Shown: positions 30,315-40,330, numbered from the stretch's first letter. The stretch is 64,000 nt of DNA from Theionarchaea archaeon (GCA_018992685.1 JACVGT010000013.1:60228-124227), one strand, 5' to 3'. The notes: generated by a model from the letters alone, not told the origin. Numbers and translations: made by a program.

Positions 30315-30484
30315 CACAGTGGCATGAATCAGGAAACTTATAAAGGTAAGGTTTCTAGAGAGAAAGAGGTCAATGTGTTGACCAAGGACACCGTGCTGAA
30401 CAGGAACCCTCATAAACAACGGGTCAGCAACGTGAGTATGACTTCCCGCGAACCTACAAGGATATTCACATGGAGATGGCTTGC

Positions 30485-31816
30485 ATGAACTTCAGACTCA
30501 TCGGAAACCTGAAGCCCATTCAGTTCTTGGTTGCAGGATATGTCGTGATCATCTGCATTGGTTCTCTCCTGTTGGATTTGCCCGCTGCTTCCTCTTCAGG
30601 TACATCCCAGGACTATGTGGATGCACTGTTCACTGCCACCTCGGCAGTTTCTACTACAGGACTGGTGGTGGTGGACACAGGCACATTCTACTCAGGATTC
30701 GGACAATCTATTATTCTGCTCCTGTTCCAGATTGGAGGGCTTGGATATATGGTGTTTGTGGTGGTTATGGTATATGCAGTGGGTAGAAAACCATCTCTCA
30801 CCAGTGCCGTTACACTGCAGCAGTCACTCTCTGGAGTCACGCTGGGGAATATGAAACAGTATCTCAAAGCAGTCCTTGCATTTACACTACTCTTTGAAGG
30901 GCTGGGAGCACTGGTTCTCAGTGTGTACTGGATGGATCAGTTTACCCTGTCAGAGTCAGTCTTCTTGGGAGTCTTCCATTCAGTATCGGCATTCTGTACA
31001 TCAGGGTTTTCAACATTCTCTGACAGCTTCAGCTCGTACCAGACCAGTGTTTTCATGAATGTGGTGCTCAGCATTCTATGTATTGGAGGCGGAATTGGGT
31101 TTATTGTACTCTCTGATCTGCAGAATCTGGTGAGAAAGAAGATCTCGGGCGTGAAACCCTGCAGGCTATCGCTCCACAGCAAGCTCTCACTGTTGATTTC
31201 TGCGGTCTTGATGGTGGCAGGAGCCTTGGTGCTGATCAGTTCAGAGTCTGATATTCCTCTGCCGGGGAGAGTGCTGTCCTCTGCATTCCAGTCAATTTCA
31301 GCCTCCAGCACCACAGGATTCAATACGGTAGATATCGGGGCAATGAGTGCAAGCAGTCTGTTCATGTTGGTTATCCTGATGGTAATTGGGGCTTCCCCCG
31401 GGGGAAGTGGAGGGGGAATCAAGGTTACGGCCCTCGGCTCCATGATGCTTTCGGTGTGGGCTCTCTTGAGAGGAAGAAGAGAGGTCAATGCCTTTGGGTG
31501 GCAGATCCCTGAGGAAACAGTGCGAAGATCTTTTGCTGTGGCTTCACTGGTTGCGGTGTGGGTGGTTCTGGTGACCCTGATTCTTTCAGCTACAGAAGAG
31601 GGTACCTTCTTGCAGATACTCTTTGAAGTGGTATCCGCTGTAGGGACAGTGGGGCTTACCACAGGGCTAACCCCTCTGCTCACGTCTCTGGGGAAAGTTC
31701 TGATCATGGCCACCATGTTGATAGGACGGGTGGGCCCTCTCACCATCGCGTTTATGGTATTGGGGGAGGAAAAGGTGTCTTTTGAGCATGCAGAAGGAGA
31801 CATATTCATTGGATAA
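30485..31816 (+). CDS. ktrB: Ktr K+ transporter membrane subunit
   Basis: Motifs DALFTATSAVSTTGL, QIGGLG, SAFCTSGF, GASPGGSGGGIK and GRVGPLT. Confidence 0.85.
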   Translation: MNFRLIGNLKPIQFLVAGYVVIICIGSLLLDLPAASSSGTSQDYVDALFTATSAVSTTGLVVVDTGTFYSGFGQSIILLLFQIGGLGYMVFVVVMVYAVGRKPSLTSAVTLQQSLSGVTLGNMKQYLKAVLAFTLLFEGLGALVLSVYWMDQFTLSESVFLGVFHSVSAFCTSGFSTFSDSFSSYQTSVFMNVVLSILCIGGGIGFIVLSDLQNLVRKKISGVKPCRLSLHSKLSLLISAVLMVAGALVLISSESDIPLPGRVLSSAFQSISASSTTGFNTVDIGAMSASSLFMLVILMVIGASPGGSGGGIKVTALGSMMLSVWALLRGRREVNAFGWQIPEETVRRSFAVASLVAVWVVLVTLILSATEEGTFLQILFEVVSAVGTVGLTTGLTPLLTSLGKVLIMATMLIGRVGPLTIAFMVLGEEKVSFEHAEGDIFIG

Positions 31817-31827
31817 GAGGTGATGAG

Positions 31828-32478
31828 ATGAAGCAATTCGTTGTGATTGGACTGGGAAGTTTTGGAGTGAATCTGGCCATCGCCCTGACTGAAGAGGGAC
31901 ATGAAGTCCTAGTCATTGACGCAGACAGGAAGAAAGTCGAGGCCATCAAAGACAAAGTAACTCACGCAGTGATTGGAGATGCTACTGATAAGCAGATCAT
32001 GTCCGAGATTATTACGCCAGATACTGACACAGTCATTGTGGGGGTCAACGAAGGGATGGAAGCCAGTACCCTGGCAACGTTGTACCTCAAGGACGTGGGG
32101 GTCAAAGAAGTCATCGTGAAGGCAATCAGTGATGAGCATGTCAAGATATTGAAAGCTGTGGGGGCCACCGAGATAATTTACCCAGAGAAAGATGTAGCAT
32201 TGAGGCTGGCTGAAAGGTTGAGCACTCCAAACCTGATTGAACACCTCCCGCTGACTCCTGAGTACAGTATTGTGGAACTTACACCTCCTGAAGCCTTTCT
32301 GGGCAAGACCCTGCGTGGTCTCGATCTACGGAAAGAGTATGGAATTGTGGTAATTGCAGTAAAAGATATGCTCACCAATACCTTCCACTTGATTCCCGGA
32401 GGGGATTTTGAAATCCGACCAGATACTGCCCTCATAATCATAGGAAAGAAGTCCGACATTGAAAGACTGGATGTGTAA
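31828..32478 (+). CDS. ktrA: Ktr RCK regulatory subunit
   Basis: Motifs FVVIGLGSFG and IYPEKD, plus a TrkA_C domain. Confidence 0.85.
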   Translation: MKQFVVIGLGSFGVNLAIALTEEGHEVLVIDADRKKVEAIKDKVTHAVIGDATDKQIMSEIITPDTDTVIVGVNEGMEASTLATLYLKDVGVKEVIVKAISDEHVKILKAVGATEIIYPEKDVALRLAERLSTPNLIEHLPLTPEYSIVELTPPEAFLGKTLRGLDLRKEYGIVVIAVKDMLTNTFHLIPGGDFEIRPDTALIIIGKKSDIERLDV

Positions 32479-32484
32479 AGGTGG

Positions 32485-33030
32485 GTGAACCCGTTGGAAG
32501 TCGAAGTAAAAGCCAGGGTTTCTGCCCTGGAGAACGTGGAGGAGATGCTCTCAGCCATGGGAGCTTCATATGTCCACGAAGTCATTCAGCAAGATACCTA
32601 TTTCAACCATCCCTGCAGGAACCTTGAAGCAACTGATGAGGCTGTCCGCATACGGGTCTCCAATAACTGCTCCTATCTAACGTACAAGGGAAGAAAGGTA
32701 GATCCTCAGAGCAAGACCCGAGACGAAATTGAGCTCCTTATTGACGACTCAAAGAAAGGAAGGAACATTCTCGAAAAGCTGGGCTTCACAGAGGTGGCCA
32801 GTGTGACCAAGACTCGAAGAGTATTTTCCCTCGATGAATTTTCAGTGTGCCTGGACATGGTAGACGGAGTGGGAACCTTTGTGGAAGTGGAAGCGCACAT
32901 GAAGGAATGCCCTGAACCCATCCACTATGAAGCACTGCGTGACAAAGCGTTGGACCTCTTGGAAAAGATGCACTTCACTGACCACGAACGAAGATCATAT
33001 CTAGAATTACTTCTTGAACAGGGACAATAA
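32485..33030 (+). CDS. cyaB: CYTH / class IV adenylate cyclase family protein
   Basis: Motifs EVEVK, QQDTYF, LTYKG, FVEVE and RRSYLELL. Confidence 0.85.
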   Translation: MNPLEVEVKARVSALENVEEMLSAMGASYVHEVIQQDTYFNHPCRNLEATDEAVRIRVSNNCSYLTYKGRKVDPQSKTRDEIELLIDDSKKGRNILEKLGFTEVASVTKTRRVFSLDEFSVCLDMVDGVGTFVEVEAHMKECPEPIHYEALRDKALDLLEKMHFTDHERRSYLELLLEQGQ

Positions 33031-33076
33031 ATGGTATCGGGTAAAGTCTTTTTAACGCTGAGTGTAAGAATCAAGT

Positions 33077-34027
33077 ATGTCCATCGAAGACGAGATCGAA
33101 ATTCTGAGGCAGCAGCTTCCCAGTGTTCATTCGAATCCCCCTCACATTCTGAAAGCTGAGGAGAGTGACATTATCTCTATTGTGGCAGCAGATAGACCAG
33201 ATAAAGCAGTTGTCATTGGGCCTGGGGGATATATTGCAGGACACCTTGCCAAGAACCATGAGAAACCTCTCTCCATTACAGCCTATACTGATGAGATGAT
33301 TAGAGACTTCAGAAAGACAGAATCTCAGCGGCTGCTCACCATTATGAAAACCAGGGTATCTGAAGAACAACAAAGAGTTCTTACTGTCTTGGACGGCCTT
33401 CTCACGGGGAATCAACCTGTTGACCACTCGCTCACTGTGGGTGTTGCTCTTTCCGGAGGAAGAGACAGCCTGGCCAGTGCAGTGCTTCTTCACAGAGTGG
33501 TCAATATCCTGGGATTGACCGTCTTCCCCTCTGACATAATACTTCCCCGCCATGAAAGAGAGTCACTTGACAGAGCTGTTGACACCTTGGGCATTGAGCA
33601 CAGGTATGTGAAGGCAGATTTTTCAGACATCATTGACAGGACACTTGAAGGGCAGATTCATCCTTGTGGGCACTGCCACCGGAAGACGTTCCACCTGCTG
33701 GTTGAGTGGTGCATTGAGCTTTCAATCTCCTCTTTGGTTCTGGGAGAACTGCTTCCCACGGGTTCTCAATCCCTCAGGTTAGTTCAGGGGATTCTCATCA
33801 TCAACCTACCTGCCTTTCTGGCTTTGAACAAGAGAGATACAACAGACATCGCCTCGCAGATAAGAGAATATCCTGGATTTGCCCTGGGATGCCCACTGCT
33901 GAAGCATTCCCATCGCAGATTCCCTGCCATGAAAGTCGCTACTACCAAGAGAGTGTTCAGAGAAGTGCGGGCAGGAGTACTGGAACCAGGAGAAGCTCTC
34001 CAGTACGTGAAATCTATGTTGAAGTGA
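33077..34027 (+). CDS. KH-domain + PP-loop ATPase (COG1365-like)
   Basis: Motifs DRPDKAVVIGPGG, ALSGGRDS, HPCGHCH, GCPLL and AGVLEPG. Confidence 0.8.
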   Translation: MSIEDEIEILRQQLPSVHSNPPHILKAEESDIISIVAADRPDKAVVIGPGGYIAGHLAKNHEKPLSITAYTDEMIRDFRKTESQRLLTIMKTRVSEEQQRVLTVLDGLLTGNQPVDHSLTVGVALSGGRDSLASAVLLHRVVNILGLTVFPSDIILPRHERESLDRAVDTLGIEHRYVKADFSDIIDRTLEGQIHPCGHCHRKTFHLLVEWCIELSISSLVLGELLPTGSQSLRLVQGILIINLPAFLALNKRDTTDIASQIREYPGFALGCPLLKHSHRRFPAMKVATTKRVFREVRAGVLEPGEALQYVKSMLK

Positions 34028-34040
34028 CGTTGTACTGAGC

Positions 34041-34778
34041 TCATGCCTTCAACAAGGTGAGCTTGCAGTCAATCTTGCTGCAAATTCTCGAGAACACATA
34101 GTTGTAGAATGGAGAAGCAAGTCGGTTATCTTCTGAATGTCCTCTGTAGAATTGGAGAGGAAACTCATACAAAGGTGAAATCAGCAGAAATATTTGATAA
34201 AAACTGCTTCCGGCTTCTATTCCATCATATGGTTCCAGCTCAGCCTTTCCTCGAATGGAGAACTCTCCTTCTGTACGCTTTTCTATTTCCTCGCAAACGG
34301 CTTCAAATCCTGGTTCATCGAAAAGCTTGGAGACTGGAGCCAGATAGAAGGAAATCCCCAGGGTGCAGTACTCAAAGAGGTCTGTCTGAGAAATCAGATA
34401 TCGCATGCAATCCAAAAGTCTGGTTCTGTTTTCTGTATAATCGGCGATTGTTCCATACCCTTCTGTCCATTCGGAAAGATCGCCTTCAAACCCAAATCGA
34501 TGATTCGTTTCCTGTACTATGGCCTCGACTCGGGGTCTCAATCTCTCCGCTAGAGCAGAAATGTCATTTTCGGGCTCTTCCAGCTCTTCATCCCAGAGTT
34601 CCTCATCTGGCTGGGACACATCAAGGAGCAATTCCAGGCTGAAGCCTTGAGAGCTGTCCACATATGGAGAATTCAGAATTTTCCGGGCCAGAGTAGGAAC
34701 TCTCCGGGAATCTGTTGGTATTCCATAGCACAGTTCGCTGGGATCAAACTCAGTGGTGGACCACCACTCGTCTTCCAT
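34041..34778 (-). CDS. Acidic hypothetical protein
   Basis: Long ORF with a TATA-like TTTTTAA ~25 nt upstream of the ATG at 34778. The longer track start overlaps the opposite-strand methyltransferase. Confidence 0.55.
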   Translation of the reverse strand: MEDEWWSTTEFDPSELCYGIPTDSRRVPTLARKILNSPYVDSSQGFSLELLLDVSQPDEELWDEELEEPENDISALAERLRPRVEAIVQETNHRFGFEGDLSEWTEGYGTIADYTENRTRLLDCMRYLISQTDLFEYCTLGISFYLAPVSKLFDEPGFEAVCEEIEKRTEGEFSIRGKAELEPYDGIEAGSSFYQIFLLISPLYEFPLQFYRGHSEDNRLASPFYNYVFSRICSKIDCKLTLLKA

Positions 34779-34907
34779 ATGCTCACTTATTGTGAGCTGA
34801 TTAAAAACCTTTGGCATCTCTAGTTTTCGAAAGCCGCAGGTTGGAAGTCTGCAGGAGAACCGTGGGTGCCCATGAAAAGAATTTAAGTTCCAGAAAATAG
34901 AAACAGC

Positions 34908-35408
34908 ATGGTCCTCAGAACTGTGAAAAAGCGCAGAGTGCAAGCAGACTATGACCGGACAGCAGCGTTCTATGACAAAAGATATCTGGCCATCCAGTGG
35001 GAAAAATACTCTATTATGATGGACAGTCCACTGGAAGGATGTATCCTTGATTTGGGATGTGGAACAGGACTCTTGTCTGAGTACCTTCACAGACGATTGG
35101 TAGGAATAGACATCTCTTTCAACATGCTGGACAAAGCCAGAACTAGAGAGCATGTAATTCAAGCAGATATGGATTTTCTGCCCTTTAGAGACGTTGTTTT
35201 CGACGCTGTGGTATCCTTCACCTCTCTACAGAATCTCTCAGACGTTGGCCCTGCATTAAAAGAAGTGAGACGGGTTCTCAAAAGGGGATCTCCTTTTATA
35301 GTAACCCTTCTAAACAAAGGTTCTTCAATCAAGAATGAAATTGAAACCTATTTCACCATTGTATCAGCAAGACAATGTGGAGAAGACATTGGATTCATAT
35401 GCACGTAA
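34908..35408 (+). CDS. Class I SAM-dependent methyltransferase
   Basis: Motifs ILDLGCGTG, GIDIS and LPFRD..FD. Confidence 0.85.
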   Translation: MVLRTVKKRRVQADYDRTAAFYDKRYLAIQWEKYSIMMDSPLEGCILDLGCGTGLLSEYLHRRLVGIDISFNMLDKARTREHVIQADMDFLPFRDVVFDAVVSFTSLQNLSDVGPALKEVRRVLKRGSPFIVTLLNKGSSIKNEIETYFTIVSARQCGEDIGFICT

Positions 35409-35415
35409 AGCAAAG

Positions 35416-35525
35416 TGGGCCTGCTTGGAGCTTTCTCTCTTTCGAGAGTCTTTCCCTCTTTCCTTTTCAGGATCGAGTTCCGCCGCATTGACACGAGGTC
35501 TTTGCCAGCTCTCCTTACAGACCCA
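35416..35525 (-). ncRNA. Putative structured ncRNA (multi-helix junction, two GAAA tetraloops)
   Basis: GAAAGA-TTTATATA promoter at 35547-35560. Terminal stem 35525-35518/35423-35416. Hairpins CUCUC-GAAA-GAGAG and UCCU-GAAA-AGGA. G.U pairs form only on the minus strand. Confidence 0.6.
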
Positions 35526-35649
35526 TCCTTTATTACAGGAACTTAATATATAAATCTTTCGGTTCAGTCGTGTTACATTAAACTATAGATAAAAAGAAAT
35601 TTCCACTGGAATTGTATCTTGGATTGTTCCCTTCAAAATGAATGAACTT

Positions 35650-36426
35650 CTAAAATTCCTCCAAAATTTCGTAATCTGCAAAACCATCATAAAATAACAC
35701 CTTTTTTGCAAAAATAAATCCTTCCTTTCTGCATTTTTCGACGGTGGGTCGAATATCCCGATACGTTCTTGACACATGAGCTATAGCAATAGTGGTGTCT
35801 GGAAGTTCTTTCTTGATCTGCTTGAGATCTCTGAAATGGACGTGAAATCGGTCTTCAGTTTCCTGGTACTTGCTGTCCTCAAAGTATCTGCACTCGGTAA
35901 CCAGAAGGTGAGGGCTGAGTTCTACAATACGGGCTTGGTTTTCTGAGGAAGAACCCTTCCAGTCTCCTGTGATGAGTACCGTAAAGTCTGTGTCAACCTT
36001 TTCGATAAGCAGTCCAAGGTTGAGAAAAGAGTGTTCTAGGGGAACAGCAGATAGCATTGAATTATTGATGGGGATCTTCTGGTAAGGAGTCACCGGTTTG
36101 AGTACACGTTTTCCTTTTGAATGGTATTTGTACAGCTCTTCATGAAGTTTGAAGCAGCTCGTGCCATCTACTGGTGTGGTATCAAAAGGCGCAAAAATAG
36201 TGATTACCTCCCCCTGCTCCAGCAGGTAGTCAGCTCCTCCTGCTATGCTGCTTCTGATGTGATCAAAGTGAAAATGGGTGATCCAGTGCACAAATTTATC
36301 TGCTCGATTTGAGCAGGCAGCGTCAACACTGTAGTACTTATCCTGAACCCGCACACTGATATACGGATGATAAGGGGCATGGAGTTCGAGTTTAGCGACA
36401 CTGCTGCCAGTCCTGTCAGCCATCAT
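35650..36426 (-). CDS. MBL-fold metallo-hydrolase
   Basis: Motifs THFHFDH, LEHS, ITGD, TEC and HVH. Confidence 0.8.
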   Translation of the reverse strand: MMADRTGSSVAKLELHAPYHPYISVRVQDKYYSVDAACSNRADKFVHWITHFHFDHIRSSIAGGADYLLEQGEVITIFAPFDTTPVDGTSCFKLHEELYKYHSKGKRVLKPVTPYQKIPINNSMLSAVPLEHSFLNLGLLIEKVDTDFTVLITGDWKGSSSENQARIVELSPHLLVTECRYFEDSKYQETEDRFHVHFRDLKQIKKELPDTTIAIAHVSRTYRDIRPTVEKCRKEGFIFAKKVLFYDGFADYEILEEF

Positions 36427-36582
36427 GTAAAGGATGAGAATCCCGCATATAAAGGTTTCCCCTGCTTTGCATAAAATTGAGAGAAATCTGTTAAGCGGTG
36501 AAAGGCCGTGGTGAGAATATTGCAGCATTCTGAAGGTGAGACCTGAGAAGCTGGGATGTTCTTCAGTTCCCCTCGCCCCACA

Positions 36583-37251
36583 TCACAAGTAGTCAATAAT
36601 ACTTGCAATGATCCTGTTCTCTGCTTCAGCCATCTGTTCATAAACAGTGGCAGGCGACAATCCCAGTTCATCTGCCAGGTCTTTAATGCGCACTCTCTTG
36701 GGAATCTCGAAATAGCCCCTCATGTATGCTTTTTTCAGCGTACGCAGCTGTTTCAGGGAAAGCAATCCTTTCAGTTCTACGATATTGATGAAAAAGGAAT
36801 CATCTACATGTTCGAGAGGATGGACTGCAGTTATCTTCACGTCCCCCATATTCTGGAGCATTTCCATCACATTCTTCAGCTTATCAGAATCCGGTGCCAG
36901 GATTCTATAGTGTTTTGCTCCTTTGAAGGTGACGATAGGATTGGGAAGCAGGTAGTAGCATCCCCCTCTGGAGAGGATATCATGGACTTTATATCTGTTC
37001 TCACACCGGCACACACTCTGAGCAACAATTTCATTCTTGTCCTGAGAGAAGACATCCAGTGATACAATAGTATCGTCAGCCTTGGCCCTTTCAAGTGCTG
37101 CATGCAGATGGAGAGGGCTATCACATTCCCACCGAGAAAGGCCCTTTTCCTGATGAATAGAAAACACGGTCATGGTGATATCTGGGAATTCTTGTGAAAG
37201 CTTCTGGGCCCAGCACCTTTCTGGCTTGATCTGGAAGTTCACTTCTATCAT
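36583..37251 (-). CDS. Bat-like (HTH_10) transcriptional regulator
   Basis: LSLKQ...AYMRGYFEIPKR...LADELGLS. Confidence 0.85.
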   Translation of the reverse strand: MIEVNFQIKPERCWAQKLSQEFPDITMTVFSIHQEKGLSRWECDSPLHLHAALERAKADDTIVSLDVFSQDKNEIVAQSVCRCENRYKVHDILSRGGCYYLLPNPIVTFKGAKHYRILAPDSDKLKNVMEMLQNMGDVKITAVHPLEHVDDSFFINIVELKGLLSLKQLRTLKKAYMRGYFEIPKRVRIKDLADELGLSPATVYEQMAEAENRIIASIIDYL

Positions 37252-37388
37252 GCACCTAATATATTAGGTCTACATAAAAGGATTGCCATAACGAGAGGTA
37301 TGGCATGGTACAGAATGTAACCGCCAAACCTTTTTATAATCAAGAAAGAATGAGAAAACCCGCAACAGAAATCCTGTGGTGGTGTGAG

Positions 37389-40076
37389 ATGTATAAAGGA
37401 TACCCTATCTGTCTCCAGGAAGATGATGAAACAGTTTCAGTATTGCGTCTGAAACTTGAACCACTGGACAAGATACGCCTACATGAAGAAGTTATTCCCG
37501 AGGCGTTTCGAAAAATCTGTAAGGCAATTTGTGAAGAGAAAGTTCTCCAGGATCCGATTTTTATTGATGAACAGTCGAAAGTCATACTGGATGGAATGCA
37601 CAGGGCAGCAGCCTTGCTTATGTTGCAGTCGGGAGAGTGTAAGAACCTCTTCTGGGACGAAACCAGTAAGCAATACACATATGTGCAGTGTGAAACCTGC
37701 CCTGGGAAATTCAGGAATCTGCAGTATATATTGTGCTGCTCCTTGGACTATGTTGAGAGCAAGGCAGTGACATTGAAAAAATGGTATCGAGGAGTTGATT
37801 TTCCTTTTGAGGAGGCAGTTGAGCTTCTTAGATCCAAGTACGACATGCGGGAACAGATGGGAGGAGATTTTTCTCTTCTGGAAGATGATGCTTTTGCCAT
37901 TTTGACTGACGGAAAAAAATATTTCTCTCTATCTGCTGATTTTGATACGATACTGGACAAATACATGTCCCTACGTGACGTGGAAACTTTGATTCGAGAA
38001 AAGGGTGGGCGGATCTCATACTGTGCTGATGAAGAAGCCTTTTCCTTGCTGGAGCAGAAGGAATTCTCGTTCTTGATGATCACTCCCACCATAACTCGTG
38101 GAGATGTGCAAACTTTTTCCAAGCCGGGATTTCCTGAAAAGGGAGAAGTATTTCCTCCAAAGTCCACCCGCCACCGTCTTGCAGTGCGGCCTCTTAAGAT
38201 TAATGTCCCCCTCCGGTTGCTGGAACGGGGAGATTACCAATTCAAACAGGAACAGCTCAAGGTGTTTTTGAGGAGAAAACGCAAACTGACTGTGACAGGT
38301 AGGCTGGAACAGTACCTGGAGAAGCATAAAATATTATTTGGAGAACCTGCAGAACTGAAAGAGCCTCTGGAAACTCCATACCTGTGGATATGTGAATTTC
38401 CTTTTGAATTCTATGAAATCAAGTATGATGTGGACCAATTCACTGAAGCAGTGTCCTCAGATCTGATACAGAACGGCATGGAATTGGCCTACTCTGCCCT
38501 GATCAGGGAGACCAATCGGCTGCTACTTATCGTTTCTGGTGTGAATGATGAGATAAAGACTGAACAGAGGCTAGTGTCCCTGATGAATTCCTACTTTCCA
38601 GACTATGAGATCAAGAATTTGTTTGGTAGCAGGGAGGACCGGTCCTTGGTGTGGATCATCCCTATGGAAGACTGCACACCCTCGAGAGCCTACTTTGAGC
38701 GAAACGAGAGGTTGCTGAGAAAGCTGGTGAGAATTCAGAGTGTGATACAATCTGGGAAAGGAGGATTCCAGCAAGTTCTCACCAAAGCAGACACTGGTAT
38801 CATGATGACATACAGTCCACGGGAACTCCTCCTGCTATTCGCCGTTCACGTCCTTGATGGCGCATCACGATGCAAGGTGTTCGAATATCTCCACGAAGAT
38901 ATTGATGACCACCAGAATGTCTTTTCTGGAATTGAGGATTTAAGAAAAAGAGGACTTCTATCTCTGCAAAATGGAGATTTAAGACTTACTGAGAAAGGTA
39001 CTGACGTCATTTCGAGAGCTCTGACTGTCACCAGAGAAATCACCAGCCTCCTGAGGGGATTATCCACCGACAAATTCGCAGGCTTTCTAAAAAAAATCGA
39101 TTCAAATGTAGCCCATGTCATAAAGCCTGATGGCAGAAAAGATGAGTTTCATATGGGGAGTATTATGGAATCACTGGTCTTCACAGATATGGGGTGGAGA
39201 AAGGTGGTTGATGCCATGGACAGGGTTGCAGAGGAGGTTGAAAGTGTTGATTTTGCCTCATCTGATGAGTTAACGAGCTTTGTGCAACGATACCTGGAAG
39301 AAGAATACCCCCTAACCAATGTACCTTTCAGGTATGATTATTTCGTTAATTCACGCAATCACATTTTTGTCAAGGAGACCAGAGTAACCTCTCTTTCCCG
39401 GAGCCACATAGAACAGGACATTGAAAGACTCATTCCAGAGTATCTCGAAATGAGTGCCAGCCAGAAATCGCAACTCTCCAACATGATTTATGAAGGAATG
39501 AGACTCCTGACTATTCCCCTCATAAAGGAACTGTACAATAAAGAACAGGTCGTATTTGAAAAATCCCTTCTCCACATAATTGAGGAATTTCTGGTGAATC
39601 AGGCAGTGCCAATTCTTCATAGAGTGAGAGATACCCCCCCACAGGCAGTGATTGCACTCCTGAAAGAGACCCTGGAAAAAGCACACACTCATCTTGAGAT
39701 GAGTGAAGATTTGCTGCAGAGGATGGATTTAGAATTTATGAAGTATTATCTTGCAGCCATGGATGAATTGACGGAATCTGCTTCAGTGGGGCTGGGAAAG
39801 GTTCCCTTCTTCAATGTGTTTGGCAGATTGAGCCAGTTGGCTCTCCTTGCACGAGAGCCTTCAGCCACGCTACAGTTCTTTGAGCCAGATAATGTCCATC
39901 AGTTCCTTGGTCATATGAGGGGTGTCTTCAGGAGATCAACGTCGCTGCTGGACCAGTGGAGAAACTCGTATTCGACGGAAGAGAGAGCAATCCTGGAAGA
40001 ATACAGAAAAGACTGGAAGAACCACCTGCGGGATGTCAAAGCATTGATCAGAAGGTGCAGGAGGGCTCTGCCATAG
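37389..40076 (+). CDS. Multidomain protein: SerK/SbnI-like ParB-fold kinase domain + wHTH + ATP-cone + helical C-terminus
   Basis: LHEE, ILDGMHR, LDY...WY and GEVFPPKSTRH (SerK signature). RGLL...LRLTEKG suggests a wHTH. VIKPDGRKDEF suggests an ATP-cone. Confidence 0.65.
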   Translation: MYKGYPICLQEDDETVSVLRLKLEPLDKIRLHEEVIPEAFRKICKAICEEKVLQDPIFIDEQSKVILDGMHRAAALLMLQSGECKNLFWDETSKQYTYVQCETCPGKFRNLQYILCCSLDYVESKAVTLKKWYRGVDFPFEEAVELLRSKYDMREQMGGDFSLLEDDAFAILTDGKKYFSLSADFDTILDKYMSLRDVETLIREKGGRISYCADEEAFSLLEQKEFSFLMITPTITRGDVQTFSKPGFPEKGEVFPPKSTRHRLAVRPLKINVPLRLLERGDYQFKQEQLKVFLRRKRKLTVTGRLEQYLEKHKILFGEPAELKEPLETPYLWICEFPFEFYEIKYDVDQFTEAVSSDLIQNGMELAYSALIRETNRLLLIVSGVNDEIKTEQRLVSLMNSYFPDYEIKNLFGSREDRSLVWIIPMEDCTPSRAYFERNERLLRKLVRIQSVIQSGKGGFQQVLTKADTGIMMTYSPRELLLLFAVHVLDGASRCKVFEYLHEDIDDHQNVFSGIEDLRKRGLLSLQNGDLRLTEKGTDVISRALTVTREITSLLRGLSTDKFAGFLKKIDSNVAHVIKPDGRKDEFHMGSIMESLVFTDMGWRKVVDAMDRVAEEVESVDFASSDELTSFVQRYLEEEYPLTNVPFRYDYFVNSRNHIFVKETRVTSLSRSHIEQDIERLIPEYLEMSASQKSQLSNMIYEGMRLLTIPLIKELYNKEQVVFEKSLLHIIEEFLVNQAVPILHRVRDTPPQAVIALLKETLEKAHTHLEMSEDLLQRMDLEFMKYYLAAMDELTESASVGLGKVPFFNVFGRLSQLALLAREPSATLQFFEPDNVHQFLGHMRGVFRRSTSLLDQWRNSYSTEERAILEEYRKDWKNHLRDVKALIRRCRRALP

Positions 40077-40330
40077 ACTGGCTTGCTGCAAGAACATTTC
40101 TCCGGGGCAGTAGAGAGGGCAAAATGACCGATGTGCTCAAAGACAGAAATACTCTGGCACATAAGACATGGTGTTCGAGAATGGCAAAAAGAGCGGTTTC
40201 TGTCTCGCTTCCAGGGCTTATGTGCACAATGGCACACTTCCAAGGAGTTCACACTCCTTGTGATACTTTGCTACAAAGTCACACATAGGTATATAAAGTT
40301 ATAATAGGAACCCCATAAGGGTTGAATTCT

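Noticed and set aside
30390-30435. c-di-AMP (ydaO) riboswitch upstream of ktrB (GCTGAA..GGAACC..GTCAGC echoes)
   Set aside because: Far too short, and most of the conserved helices are missing.
30937-31902. 321-aa minus-strand ORF
   Set aside because: Antisense shadow of ktrB.
34779-35162. N-terminal extension of the 34041..35162 ORF
   Set aside because: Overlaps the real methyltransferase on the opposite strand, and the promoter position favours the 34778 start.
35416-35525. tRNA, 5S rRNA, glycine riboswitch or hammerhead ribozyme
   Set aside because: No TPsiC arm or anticodon arm, no 5S motifs, no CUGANGA core, and no downstream gene for a riboswitch.
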